From Christensenellales bacterium (GTDB taxonomy: Bacteria > Bacillota > Clostridia > Christensenellales > Aristaeellaceae): a DNA stretch of 64,000 bases. The notes beneath the pieces are model-generated. The model searched no databases. It had not been told where the DNA came from and saw nothing but the letters and a program-made list of their open reading frames with translations. The translations under genes were made by a program, and so were the position numbers. Below are positions 28,430 through 40,425 of the stretch, one piece after another. The stretch spans positions 1,819-65,818 of the forward strand of contig JBGVCH010000085.1 of the NCBI GenBank assembly GCA_045226335.1. The letters are read 5' to 3'. The first letter of the stretch is position 1. Every line of letters begins with the position of its first letter.

Positions 28430-29938
28430 TCAGCGGGTCATGGTGGAGGTGGACCGCAGCGTCACGTCGTGATAGCCGCCCTCCACGATGGAAGTGGCGG
28501 ACACCAGGGTCAGCTTGGCCTTGTCCCGCAGGTCCTGCAGGTTGGTGACGCCCACGTTGCACAAGGTGCTCTTGACCTTGTAGAGGCTGATCTCCACGTT
28601 GTCATGAAGCGGGCCGGCGTACACCACGTAGCTGTCCACACCCTCTTCGAAGGAGAGCTTGCCCGCCCCGCCCAGGTCGTAGCGCTGCCAGTTCCGGGCG
28701 CGGTTGGAGCCCTCGCCCCAGTACTCCTTCATGTAGACCCCGTTGACCATGACCTTGTCCGAGGGGCTCTCGTCGAAGCGGGCGAAGTACCGGCCCATCA
28801 TCAGGAAGTCCGCGCCCATGGCCAGGGCCAGGGTCATGTGATAGTCGTGCACGATGCCGCCGTCGGAGCAGATGGGCACATAGATGCCCGTCTCCCTGAA
28901 GTACTCATCCCGCGCCCGCGCCACCTCGATCAATGCCGTGGCCTGGCCGCGGCCGATGCCCTTCGTCTCGCGGGTGATGCAGATGGAGCCGCCGCCGATG
29001 CCGACCTTGACGAAGTCTGCGCCGGCCCGGGCCAGGAACAGGAAGCCGTCCCGGTCCACCACGTTGCCCGCACCGATCTTGACCGTCTCGCCGTAGTTCT
29101 CCCGCACCCAGCGCAGGCACTTCTCCTGCCAGCAGGAGTAACCCTCCGAGGAGTCGATGCACAGCACGTCCGCGCCGGCTTCCACCAACGCCGGGATCCG
29201 CTGGGCGTAGTCCCGGGTGTTGATGCCCGCGCCCACCAGAAAGCGCTTCTTGTCGTCCAGCAGTTCCAGGGGGTTCTCCTTGTGGGAAGCGTAGTCCTTC
29301 CGGAAGACAAAGTACAGCAGCTTTCCTTCGGCGTCCACGATGGGCAGTGCGTTCAGCTTGTGGTCCCAGATGATGTCGTTGGCCTCTTTCAGGGAGGTTT
29401 CCGCCGGCGCCGTGACCAGCTTCTCAAGAGGCGTCATAAAGTCCCGGACCCGCGTGTCCGTGGACATGCGGCTGACGCGGTAGTCACGGCTGGTGACAAT
29501 GCCCAGCAGCCGTCCGTTGGCGGTGCCGTCCTCCGTGATCGCCACGGTGGAGTAGCCGTTTTTCTCCTTCAGCGCCAGGACGTCCGCCAGGGTATGATCC
29601 GGCGTCAGGTTGGAGTCGGAGACCACAAACCCGGCCTTGTAGCCCTTGACCCGGGCCACCATTGCCGCCTCGCTCTCGATGGTCTGGGCGCCGTAGATGA
29701 AGGAGATCCCGCCCTCTTTGGCCAGGGCGATGGCCAGCTTGTCGTCCGAAACGGACTGCATGATGGCGCTGGTCAGCGGAATGTTCAGGGAAATCGCCGG
29801 TTCTTCCTGTCCTTTGCGGTACTTGGTCAGCGCGGTCCGAAGCGAAACGTTCTGCGGCACGCAGTCCTCCGAGGTGTAACCCGGGATCAGCAGGTACTCA
29901 CTGAAGGTGTGGCTCGGCTCCTGGCAGTAGGTGGCCAT
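28430..29938 (-). CDS. guaB: IMP dehydrogenase (GuaB-type, with a CBS pair)
   Basis: [23 protein letters not shown]..., the catalytic loop [13 protein letters not shown] and a CBS-like insert are present. Whether this is the housekeeping guaB or a paralogue cannot be told from this window. Confidence 0.8.
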   Translation of the reverse strand: MATYCQEPSHTFSEYLLIPGYTSEDCVPQNVSLRTALTKYRKGQEEPAISLNIPLTSAIMQSVSDDKLAIALAKEGGISFIYGAQTIESEAAMVARVKGYKAGFVVSDSNLTPDHTLADVLALKEKNGYSTVAITEDGTANGRLLGIVTSRDYRVSRMSTDTRVRDFMTPLEKLVTAPAETSLKEANDIIWDHKLNALPIVDAEGKLLYFVFRKDYASHKENPLELLDDKKRFLVGAGINTRDYAQRIPALVEAGADVLCIDSSEGYSCWQEKCLRWVRENYGETVKIGAGNVVDRDGFLFLARAGADFVKVGIGGGSICITRETKGIGRGQATALIEVARARDEYFRETGIYVPICSDGGIVHDYHMTLALAMGADFLMMGRYFARFDESPSDKVMVNGVYMKEYWGEGSNRARNWQRYDLGGAGKLSFEEGVDSYVVYAGPLHDNVEISLYKVKSTLCNVGVTNLQDLRDKAKLTLVSATSIVEGGYHDVTLRSTSTMTR

Positions 29939-29986
29939 CGGAAATCCCCTCCTCACATCGGTCGGCGGTGAATATGGAATTGGTTC

Positions 29987-30016
29987 ATCTTACCGCATGT
30001 GTGGGTGTTTTGTCAA
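29987..30016 (-). promoter_or_regulatory. Putative guaB promoter
   Basis: The minus strand reads TTGACA, an 18-nt spacer, then TAAGAT. Confidence 0.5.
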
Positions 30017-30029
30017 CCGAAATTTCGCC

Positions 30030-30058
30030 TTGCCTCCACGGTTCTTTTCCGCTATAAT
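30030..30058 (+). promoter_or_regulatory. Putative promoter of the kinase-GT2-hydrolase operon
   Basis: TTGCCT (30030-30035), a 17-nt spacer, then TATAAT (30053-30058). Confidence 0.55.
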
Positions 30059-30090
30059 CTTCCGGAGACGGACGGAAGGAGGCGAAGCGG

Positions 30091-31587
30091 ATGTTCAAGC
30101 GCATTATGGCTGTGGTGCTGGCGGTGATCCTTGTGCTGACGGCGGGCTTCAGTGTGCTGGGCGTCCTTTTGCTTCGCCGGGAACGCAGCAACGCCCGTCT
30201 GGAAAGCCTTGTCACCGACGCGAAGGAGATCGCCTGGCTGGCCGTACAGGCCAACAGTTCCAGCCTCAGCTCCCCCTATCCGTACGGAAGAGGCTGGAAC
30301 AGCAGCGCCAGTTCCTCTGTCAGCGCCATCCTGAACCGCAAGTACCGTGAAGTCCATGAGACCTTCAACGCCTACATCGGCGTGACGGACCGCGAGAACT
30401 GGGTATACGCCGCGGACAGCCTGTCCCTGGCCATCACCAGCGATCCCGACTTTACCGACGCCCTCCAGGGTCAGGACCTGAGCGACGTCCTGAGCCGGGT
30501 GCTGAACGGCGGGGTCGACCAGACCGTGACGGTCCGCAGCACGGTAAAGGGTTCGCCCAGTTTTGCCGTGGGCGTGCCCATGGTCCGGCGGGACGCCATT
30601 GTCGGAGCCGTGCTGATCGTCACCCCTGTGCAGACCATCGAGGGCAGCATCTGGGAGTTCGGCCTTCCGCTGTTTCTCATCGCCGGCGTCGCGCTGCTGG
30701 GGGCCGGGCTGATCCTGTTCCTGGTGATCCGGCGCTCCCTGAAGCCCATCACCCGCCTGACCGCCGCCGCCAACGCCATGGCGGAAGGAGATTTCACCGT
30801 TCGGGTCCGTCCCGAGGGCGGCGAGCGGGAGATCCATGTGCTGTCCGCCGCCTTCAACACCATGGCGGACAAGCTCAGCGGCATCGAGGCCGGCCGCCGG
30901 GAGTTCGTCGCCAATGTCTCCCACGAGCTTCGCAGCCCCATCACTTCCATCTCCGGCTTTGTGCAGGGCATGAGCGACGGCACCATTCCGCCGGAGGAGC
31001 ACCCGAAGTATCTGTCCCTGGTGAACGACGAGACCCACCGTCTCTCGAAGCTCATCGGCGACCTGCTGATCCTCTCCAGGCTCGAGCGGGACGACGCCAC
31101 CCTGAACATGACGGTCTTCGACCTGTGCGAGATGTTCCGCCGCGCGGTGATCCGCCGGATGAGCGATCTGGAAGGCAAGGGCATCACCGTCAACTGCGCC
31201 TTTGACCCGGATCCCTGCCCGGTCCTGGCGGACGCCGACCGCATCGAGGAAGTGCTGATCAACCTGATGGATAACGCCGTCAAGTTCACCCCCTCCGGCG
31301 GCGTCATCACCCTGCGCACCTCCGCCAGCGACGATGTCGTCACGGCGGAAGTGCGGGACAGCGGCATCGGCATCAGCCCGGAGGACCTGCCCCGCATCTT
31401 CGACCGTTTCTTCACCGCCGACCGCGCCCACACCTCCGGGAAGGGCACCGGTCTCGGCCTCTCCATCTGCCAGCGCATCATGACCATGCACGGCCAGCGC
31501 ATCTGGGCCGAGCCCTGCGAAGAAGGCGCGTGCTTCCGCTTTACCCTGAAGGCAGCCGCCGACAAGGAAGGGGGCCCGAAAGCATGA
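30091..31587 (+). CDS. Sensor histidine kinase with two TM segments, an extracytoplasmic domain of about 165 aa, HAMP, HisKA and HATPase_c
   Basis: The H-box is VSHELRSPITSISGF. The N-box is NLMDNAVKFT and the G-boxes are DSGIGI and GTGLGLSIC. No response regulator gene is adjacent. Confidence 0.9.
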   Translation: MFKRIMAVVLAVILVLTAGFSVLGVLLLRRERSNARLESLVTDAKEIAWLAVQANSSSLSSPYPYGRGWNSSASSSVSAILNRKYREVHETFNAYIGVTDRENWVYAADSLSLAITSDPDFTDALQGQDLSDVLSRVLNGGVDQTVTVRSTVKGSPSFAVGVPMVRRDAIVGAVLIVTPVQTIEGSIWEFGLPLFLIAGVALLGAGLILFLVIRRSLKPITRLTAAANAMAEGDFTVRVRPEGGEREIHVLSAAFNTMADKLSGIEAGRREFVANVSHELRSPITSISGFVQGMSDGTIPPEEHPKYLSLVNDETHRLSKLIGDLLILSRLERDDATLNMTVFDLCEMFRRAVIRRMSDLEGKGITVNCAFDPDPCPVLADADRIEEVLINLMDNAVKFTPSGGVITLRTSASDDVVTAEVRDSGIGISPEDLPRIFDRFFTADRAHTSGKGTGLGLSICQRIMTMHGQRIWAEPCEEGACFRFTLKAAADKEGGPKA

Positions 31588-33191
31588 AAGCCCTGAAGTT
31601 CCTCCGGGAGCGCGGCCCGGACGCCGCCGTTCGCAAAGCCCAGGACCACCTTCTGCACAGCTGGGACAAAACCTGGGAGAAGATCCGGGCGGACGAGGAT
31701 CTCCTGAGCCGGCAGCGGGCGCACCAGCCGGCGGGCGGGCTGATCTCCGTGGCCGTGCCGGTCTACAACACGGATCCCGGGATGCTGGAAGCTCTGGGCG
31801 AATCCCTGGCGTCCCAGACTTACGTCAACTGGGAGGCCTGCCTCTACTCCACCGGCACCGACGCCGAAACGGACACCGTGCTGAACCGGCTCCCCCAGCT
31901 GGACAGGCGCATTCGGGTCCAGCGCGGCCGAACCAACGAGGGCATCGCGGGGAACACCAACCGCGCGGTAGCCCTGTGCCGCGGGGAGTGGGTGGCGCTG
32001 TGCGATCACGACGACGTGCTTTCCCCGGACGCGCTCTGGCGGATCGCGGAGGCCGCAGCCTCCGGAAACGCGGACGTGATCTACACCGACGAAGACCGCC
32101 TCACCAAAAACGGCAGGCGCCACACGGACCCGGCGCTGAAGCCGGATTTTTCCCCGGACACCCTGCGGTCCGTCAATTACATCTGCCATCTCACCGCCGT
32201 CCGGAAGGATCTCTGGGACCGCATCGGCGGGGAACGCGCCAAGTTTGACGGCGCCCAGGACCACGACCTGCTGCTGCGGCTCAGCGAGGTCACCGCCCGC
32301 TTTGTCCACATCCCTGTTGTCTGCTATCACTGGCGCCGAGTCAAAACCTCCATGAGCCACCAGCGACGCAGTCAATGTCTGGAAGCCGCGCGGCGGTCCG
32401 TGGAATCGCACATGGAGCGCATCGGCTTTCCCGGAACGGCATCGCTGGAAGGCGGCTTTCTCCGCCTTCGGTACGAGCTGAAGCCCATGAAGGGCTGCGT
32501 CATCATCACCGCCCCCACCGCGGCCGCGGCAGAAGCCCGGATCGACAAGCTGCGGCACTTCTTCCCCTGGCACGTGAACTTCCGCGCCGCCGTGGGGGTC
32601 CACCGGATCGAGGCCATGAACCGCGCCGCCGCGGAAAGCGGAGAGGATCTGCTCCTCTTCGTGGATGGCGGCGTAGATAAGTTCTCGGAAGGGTTCTGGG
32701 ACGAGCTGGCCATGTACGCCCAGCGGGAGGACGTGGGCATGGTGACGCCGCTGCTGACGGACCACCTCGGCGCTACGCTTCACGCGGGTTATGTGCTGGG
32801 GATCAAAGGCGGTCTCCGGTCCCGCGGCGAAGGTCGGCAGGTCAGGGGCAACCCGCAGCTGGCCATGGTCCGGAACGTCGGCGCCGTGAGCCCCATGTGC
32901 TTCATGGTGCGCCGGGCCGCCTGGCAGGATTTTGACGTCAGCTATTACACGGCTTTCGGCTGCGCGGATGTCTGCGTGCGGATGCTGCGGTCCGGTCTGC
33001 ATCACGTTTATACGCCTCATGCCCGGGCGACGATTCACGGCCGGGACGAATTCCTGTCGCCCGGTCCCGAGCGCGGAGCCGCGGAACTGGAGCGTTTCAC
33101 CAATACCTGGCCGGATTTGAAGGACCCGTGCTGGAATCCGGGACTTTCGGACGAACAGGCCGATTACACATTCAGGAGGGCAGCGAAATGA
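31584..33191 (+). CDS. Glycosyltransferase family 2 protein with a second GT-A-like C-terminal domain
   Basis: ISVAVPVYNTDPGMLEALGESLASQTY...DHDD...YTDED shows GT2 DxD-type motifs. The second half, VIITAPT...LLLFVDGG, resembles another GT-A fold. An ATGA overlap links it to the kinase stop. Confidence 0.8.
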   Translation: MKALKFLRERGPDAAVRKAQDHLLHSWDKTWEKIRADEDLLSRQRAHQPAGGLISVAVPVYNTDPGMLEALGESLASQTYVNWEACLYSTGTDAETDTVLNRLPQLDRRIRVQRGRTNEGIAGNTNRAVALCRGEWVALCDHDDVLSPDALWRIAEAAASGNADVIYTDEDRLTKNGRRHTDPALKPDFSPDTLRSVNYICHLTAVRKDLWDRIGGERAKFDGAQDHDLLLRLSEVTARFVHIPVVCYHWRRVKTSMSHQRRSQCLEAARRSVESHMERIGFPGTASLEGGFLRLRYELKPMKGCVIITAPTAAAAEARIDKLRHFFPWHVNFRAAVGVHRIEAMNRAAAESGEDLLLFVDGGVDKFSEGFWDELAMYAQREDVGMVTPLLTDHLGATLHAGYVLGIKGGLRSRGEGRQVRGNPQLAMVRNVGAVSPMCFMVRRAAWQDFDVSYYTAFGCADVCVRMLRSGLHHVYTPHARATIHGRDEFLSPGPERGAAELERFTNTWPDLKDPCWNPGLSDEQADYTFRRAAK

Positions 33192-33952
33192 ACCGTGAAG
33201 CCATGGTAGCCCGGCTGCAAGGTCTGCCCGGGGTCGTCTCCCTGTACTGCGAGAACACCGGCACCGGAGAGTCCTTCGTCCATCGGCCGGATCAGCCTGT
33301 CATCGCCGCCAGCGTCATCAAGCTGTGCGTCATGGCGGAGGCCTTCCGCCGGCGGGAAGCCGGTCTCCTGGATTTTGACGAGCCCGTCACCGTCCGCCCG
33401 TCGGACCGCCTCCCCTCCTGCGGCGCCCTGACCTACATGCATGATAACATCACCGTCCCCTGGGGTGACCTGGTGACCCTGATGATCATTCTCTCCGACA
33501 ACACCGCCACAAACCTGCTGATCGACCGTCTGGGGATCGCCTCCGTCAACGGTTTCATGCGCAGCCTCGGGCTGTCGGACCGGACCGTGCTCCGGCGGAA
33601 ACTGTTCATGCCGGAGCTGTCGGCCCGGGGCATCGAGAACACAGTCACCGCCGCCGATATCGCCCTGCTGCTCAGGCTGATCCTGACGGGCCGTCTTGTC
33701 AGCGAACAGGCTTCCGCCGAGATGCTGCAGCTGCTGAAGAACCAGCGGCTCAACGGCAAAATGCCCTTCTTCCTGTCGCCGAAGGGAATCCGGTGCGCCC
33801 ACAAGACCGGAGAGGACGCCGGCATCACCCACGACGTGGGCCTCATCCTGACGGAACCGCCCCGGATCTTCTGCTTCCTGTCAGAGAAGACGGACGTGCC
33901 CGCCGCCGAGCGGGCGCTGCAGGATCTCGCCCTGATGGCGGCGGACCTGTAA
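33188..33952 (+). CDS. Class A beta-lactamase-fold serine hydrolase without a signal peptide
   Basis: The SxxK motif is ASVIKL, the SDN motif is LSDNTATN and the KTG motif is HKTGED. The N-terminus MNREAMVARLQGLPG has no hydrophobic leader. An ATGA overlap links it to the GT2 stop. Confidence 0.8.
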   Translation: MNREAMVARLQGLPGVVSLYCENTGTGESFVHRPDQPVIAASVIKLCVMAEAFRRREAGLLDFDEPVTVRPSDRLPSCGALTYMHDNITVPWGDLVTLMIILSDNTATNLLIDRLGIASVNGFMRSLGLSDRTVLRRKLFMPELSARGIENTVTAADIALLLRLILTGRLVSEQASAEMLQLLKNQRLNGKMPFFLSPKGIRCAHKTGEDAGITHDVGLILTEPPRIFCFLSEKTDVPAAERALQDLALMAADL

Positions 33953-33955
33953 TGC

Positions 33956-33988
33956 AAAGGCCCTCTGCGTCACGCAGAGAGCCGTTTT
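33956..33988. terminator. Probable bidirectional terminator
   Basis: CTCTGCG (33963-33969) pairs with CGCAGAG (33973-33979), extended by GGC/GCC. AAAGG precedes it and GTTTT follows it. Confidence 0.55.
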
Positions 33989-33989
33989 C

Positions 33990-34565
33990 TTATCGGTTCA
34001 GTTCGTCCAGGGTCAGAGAGAAGGCCGGGATACAGGTCCGCATGAAGTCCTCCGCCTCCGGGAGACCCAGGGCGCGGATGGATCGCAGGACGCTCTCCGC
34101 CGCCGCGTCAAACTCCCGGTTGCCGGCCCGCTGTTCCTCCAGGCAATGGATGTAGGCGCTGATTCGGTCCGCCGCCTTGACCAGCGCCATGGCCTCGGTC
34201 CCGCTCTCCGTGAGACAGGCGCCGATCTCCTCCCGCAAGTCCTCCGGAAGCATGCCGCAAAGCCGGGCCGTGGCGGTCTTTTCCACCGTGCGGTAGGCTT
34301 CCCGCAGGTCGCTGGAGTGATACTTGACCGGCGTGGGCAGGTCCCCGGTCAGGACTTCCGCGGCGTCGTGGTAGACCGCCAGGGTCACCACGTGCTCGGG
34401 GTTGATCTCCTTCCCGTACCGGTCTCTCGCGGTCACCGCCAGGGCATGGGCGATCATGGCCACCTGCAGGGAGTGTTCCGCGTCGTTTTCCGGCTGGGTG
34501 TTCCGCATCAGGCTCCAGCGCCGGATCAGCCGCAGCCGGGCCATGCTGGCAAAAAACTCATTCAT
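33990..34565 (-). CDS. YfbR-like HD-domain 5'-deoxynucleotidase
   Basis: LRLIRRWSLMRNTQPENDAEHSLQVAMIAHALA...YHDAAEVLTGDLPTPVKY shows the HD motif of the YfbR family. Confidence 0.85.
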   Translation of the reverse strand: MNEFFASMARLRLIRRWSLMRNTQPENDAEHSLQVAMIAHALAVTARDRYGKEINPEHVVTLAVYHDAAEVLTGDLPTPVKYHSSDLREAYRTVEKTATARLCGMLPEDLREEIGACLTESGTEAMALVKAADRISAYIHCLEEQRAGNREFDAAAESVLRSIRALGLPEAEDFMRTCIPAFSLTLDELNR

Positions 34566-34610
34566 CCGCTTGTGTCCCTCCGGGATTCCGCCGCCGTCGC
34601 GCCCAATTCT

Positions 34611-35075
34611 TCAGATCAGCGCGCCGTCCCAGTCCATCTCTTGCATCATTCTAACCGCGAAGCCGCGGAGAATGCGTTCGTCCTCCTCTGAAAATCGGTT
34701 CGGGACCGGGCTGTCGATGTCCAGCACGCCGATCATCTCACCGTTTCCGGCGGTCAGAGGCAGGACGATCTCGCTCCGGGACGCGCTGTCGCAGGCGATG
34801 TGGCCCGGAAACGCGTGGACGTCCGGCACGCGCTGGACCCTCCCGGTCCGGACCGCCGCACCGCACACGCCGCGGCCGGCCCGGATCACCGTGCAGGCGG
34901 GTTTGCCCTGGAACGGTCCGAGAAACAGTGTGCCATCCTTCAGCAGGTAAAACCCCGCCCAGTTGATGTCCTTCAGGCTTTGCCACAGCAGGGCCGCCGC
35001 GTTGGCCATCACCGGCAGCGGCTTTCTGCAGCCCTCCGCCAGGGCCGCGATCTGTTCGATGATCAGTTCATCCAT
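34611..35075 (-). CDS. GAF-domain protein, free methionine-(R)-sulfoxide reductase type (YebR/MsrC-like)
   Basis: NWAGFYLLKDGTLFLGPFQGKPACTVIRAGRGVCGAAV...FPGHIACDSASRSEIVLPL shows the characteristic fRMsr motifs. Confidence 0.85.
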   Translation of the reverse strand: MDELIIEQIAALAEGCRKPLPVMANAAALLWQSLKDINWAGFYLLKDGTLFLGPFQGKPACTVIRAGRGVCGAAVRTGRVQRVPDVHAFPGHIACDSASRSEIVLPLTAGNGEMIGVLDIDSPVPNRFSEEDERILRGFAVRMMQEMDWDGALI

Positions 35076-35091
35076 CTCAGCGGCTACCCCC

Positions 35092-35697
35092 TCAGCGGAA
35101 CACCCGGTACAGGGACACCACCTTGCCCAGGACCGTCACCTCATCGGCGATGATGGGCTCCATCTCGCAGTTCTCCGGCTGAAGACGGAAATGCCCGTTC
35201 TCCCGATAGAAACGCTTCACCGTGGCGCTGTCGTCGATCATGGCCACCACGATCTCGCCGTTGCTGGCCTCATGCTGGCTCCGGACGATGATATGGTCCC
35301 CGTCCAGGATCCCGGCCTCGATCATGCTGTCCCCGTGGACCTTCAGCACAAAGTGTTCCCCGTCCCCCAGCATATCGTCCGGCAGGGCGATGTATTCGTC
35401 CAAATTCTCTTCCGCCAGGATCGGCAACCCGGCGGTGACATGGCCCAGCACCGGCACTGCGGTGGCGGCGGCCCGGGAAAGATCCCCGGTGACCTCCATG
35501 GCCCGGGGCTTCATGGCGTCGCGGTGCAGAAGCCCCTTCTTCTCCAGCCGCTGGAGATGGCCGTGCACGGTGGACGTGGATTTCAGCCCCACAGCGTTGG
35601 CGATCTCCCGCACCGACGGCGGATAGCCCTTGGTCTGGATCTCGCTCCGAATAAACTCGAGGATGCGCTGCTGGTTGTCACCCCGCGGACGCTGCAT
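35092..35697 (-). CDS. lexA: LexA repressor
   Basis: The winged HTH reads [32 protein letters not shown]. An Ala-Gly-type cleavage region and an S24 peptidase domain are present, with GDSM and a catalytic Lys region. The ATG at 35697 follows a GGCGGTGAGGG RBS. Confidence 0.95.
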   Translation of the reverse strand: MQRPRGDNQQRILEFIRSEIQTKGYPPSVREIANAVGLKSTSTVHGHLQRLEKKGLLHRDAMKPRAMEVTGDLSRAAATAVPVLGHVTAGLPILAEENLDEYIALPDDMLGDGEHFVLKVHGDSMIEAGILDGDHIIVRSQHEASNGEIVVAMIDDSATVKRFYRENGHFRLQPENCEMEPIIADEVTVLGKVVSLYRVFR

Positions 35698-35727
35698 ACC
35701 CTCACCGCCTTTTTCTTTTTCGATCCC

Positions 35728-35767
35728 ATCATAGCACAAATCCGCGGAAAAATCAAACATATGTTCT
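35728..35767 (-). promoter_or_regulatory. lexA promoter with an autoregulatory LexA box overlapping the -35
   Basis: The minus strand reads AGAACATATGTTTG (35754-35767) overlapping TTGATT (35751-35756). A 17-nt spacer follows, then TATGAT (35728-33) with an extended TGC. Confidence 0.65.
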
Positions 35768-35771
35768 CATT

Positions 35772-38166
<2,395 letters not shown>

Positions 38167-38180
<14 letters not shown>

Positions 38181-38784
38181 CCGTCTCTCTCCTCTCCAGC
38201 CCGACAATGGCCGTCACACTCTTCAACGGGGTCATCAGCAGGGACGGCTCCTGCAGCGTCAGACCCAAGTGTCTCTCCGCCTCCAGCGCGGTGAACACAT
38301 CCCTTTGCAGGGTCAGCGGAAGATCCCCGTAACCCGGCGAGAAGCGCGGCTTCAGATGCTCGTTCGGAAACGCCTCCGCCAGCATACCGCAGAGCCTGTC
38401 GCAGGCCTGCTCCACCACGGCGGCCCCCACCGCGTGCATCAGCAGCGCTTCCGACGGCGAGATCAGCGCCGCCCGGGCGATGAGCCGCTCCATGTCGAAG
38501 CCCGCCGTGGCCGCGAAGAGGATGAGGCCGCGGCACCCCTCCAGCCATCGCTTCAGGGATTTTGAATTTGTCTTTGCGAAGCCCAGATCCAGGACCTCGC
38601 CCTGATCCGCATAGTCAAACCGCCGCCAGACCGCCCGGCAGACGACCGTCCGCGCCTGCCGGATGCACCGCTGCACCGGCAGTTCCTCCGGCGCCGCCGC
38701 GCTCCGGGGCTGCATGGCGTAGCGCAGCACCTCGGCGGGGTCCACGTCCGGCGGCGGCAGCGTCACCACGTGCAGGCCGCTCAC
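38167..38784 (-). CDS. Stand-alone vitamin-B12-dependent methionine synthase activation-domain protein
   Basis: The 205-aa protein ends ...LKPRFSPGYGDLPLTLQRDVFTALEAERHLGLTL...LLMTPLKSVTAIVG, typical of the split Met_synt_B12 domain. It overlaps metF and metH. Confidence 0.75.
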
Positions 38785-39662
38785 AGGCTGCTCCCCAGCA
38801 TGGCGGACAGATTGTTCCGGATCGCGCCCGCCACCTCCGGCTTGTTCATGGTGTAGACGTGCACATGCCGGATGCCGTTGGCGTACAGGTCGATGATCTG
38901 ATCCGTGGCATAGATGATGCCCGCCTGCATCATGGCCGCCGGATCGCTTCCGAAGCGGTCCACCAGGCTGATGAACCGCCTGGGCATGAAGCTGCCGGAC
39001 AGCTTCAGGGCGCGCTCCACCTGCCGGGCGCTGGTGATGGGCATGATTCCCGGCACCACCGGGACCGTCACGCCGGCTTCCCGCAGCTTGTAGAGGAAAT
39101 TGTAGAGCAGATTGTTGTCGAAAAACATCTGGGTGGTGAGGAAGTCCGCGCCGGCTTCCACCTTCTCCCGGAGCCGGCGGATGTCTTCGTTCTGATTCGG
39201 GCTCTCCGGGTGGACCTCCGGATAGCAGGCCGCGCCGATGCAGAAATCCCCGGCGTCCCGGATCTCGCGGATCAGGTCCGCGGCGTGGGGATAAGCCGCC
39301 TCCCCCATGTCCTCCGGCCGCATGCCAGCCGGCAGATCTCCCCGCAAGGCCATGACATTCCCGACCCCGCAGGCCTTCAGACTGTCCAGATAAGCCCGGA
39401 TCTGCGCCCGGTCCGCGCCGACACAGGTCAGGTGGGCCAGGGTCTCCGCCCCGGTCTTCTCCCGAATGCTCCGGGCGATTTCGAGGGTGAGCCTGCTCCC
39501 GCCGCCGCCCGCGCCGTAGGTGACGCTGACGAAGGACGGAGAGAGCGCCGCCACCGAAAGCACCGCCCGGCGGACATCCTCCAGGGCGGTCTCCGTCTTG
39601 GGCGGAAAAACCTCAAAGGATAGCGTAAACTTCCCTTCAGCCAGCAGTTCAGAAATCTTCAT
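38781..39662 (-). CDS. metF: Methylenetetrahydrofolate reductase
   Basis: MKISELLAEGKFTLSFEVFPPKT...VSVTYGAGG...ALRGD...TQMFFD shows MTHFR family motifs. Confidence 0.9.
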   Translation of the reverse strand: MKISELLAEGKFTLSFEVFPPKTETALEDVRRAVLSVAALSPSFVSVTYGAGGGGSRLTLEIARSIREKTGAETLAHLTCVGADRAQIRAYLDSLKACGVGNVMALRGDLPAGMRPEDMGEAAYPHAADLIREIRDAGDFCIGAACYPEVHPESPNQNEDIRRLREKVEAGADFLTTQMFFDNNLLYNFLYKLREAGVTVPVVPGIMPITSARQVERALKLSGSFMPRRFISLVDRFGSDPAAMMQAGIIYATDQIIDLYANGIRHVHVYTMNKPEVAGAIRNNLSAMLGSSL

Positions 39663-40284
39663 GCCGTTCCTCGCTTCCTTGTCTCAGCGTGTCCGCCAGC
39701 CACTCGGCGGCGTTTCGGGCCTCCTCGCGCGCGCTTTGGAGGATGCGGTCCGTGTCCGTGCCTTCCAGGTCCAGGCCTTCCGCCTTCACGTCCCGGAAGG
39801 CGCCGATCCCCAGCGTTCGCATCACGTCCCGGATGTACAGCGTGCCCCAGTCGTGCCCGGCCGTATAACTCCCGGATGTCGTGACATAAACAGCCGCGCG
39901 GCCCCGGGCCAGGCCCACCGGCTGATCACCCCGGTAGAAGAATGTCAGGTTCCGCACCCACATGTTCTCCACCCAGACCTTCAGCATGGACGGGAAGGAC
40001 AGATCCCAGTAGGGCGCCGCGATCACCACCGCGTCCGCTTCGCGGAAATCCACAGCCGGACGCATCAGGGGATGGTCCCAGACCAGGGCGTCGCACAGGG
40101 CTTCCTTCTCCGCAAGCAGCCGGTCGTCCACGCTCCTCAGGCCCATGTCCGCCAGCCGGTGCGCCGTGATCTCCAGCCCCGGGCAGCGTTCCCGCAGCCG
40201 GTCCAGCAGGCATCCGGCCAGCGCCAGGGTCCTGGACGCCTCTCTCCTGGGGCAGGCGTCCACAAACAGCAGTTTCACACGCAT
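39649..40284 (-). CDS. Flavodoxin-like fold NAD(P)H-dependent oxidoreductase (Flavodoxin_2/azoreductase-like)
   Basis: MRVKLLFVDACPRREASRT...ADAVVIAAPYWDLSFPSMLKVWVE shows the pattern of the FMN-dependent NAD(P)H oxidoreductase family. It overlaps the metF start by 14 nt. Confidence 0.75.
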   Translation of the reverse strand: MRVKLLFVDACPRREASRTLALAGCLLDRLRERCPGLEITAHRLADMGLRSVDDRLLAEKEALCDALVWDHPLMRPAVDFREADAVVIAAPYWDLSFPSMLKVWVENMWVRNLTFFYRGDQPVGLARGRAAVYVTTSGSYTAGHDWGTLYIRDVMRTLGIGAFRDVKAEGLDLEGTDTDRILQSAREEARNAAEWLADTLRQGSEERHEDF

Positions 40285-40425
40285 CCCTCCCGAAACCATC
40301 TGTCTATTTCCGTTTTTTCCCCGAAAATCCTGCTTGCGCGGAAGGAATTGACCCACAGAACATCGAAATAGCTTTCCCGAGCCGGAAGAGGCTCAGACGA
40401 GAATGACACGGAGGTGCTGAATCAG

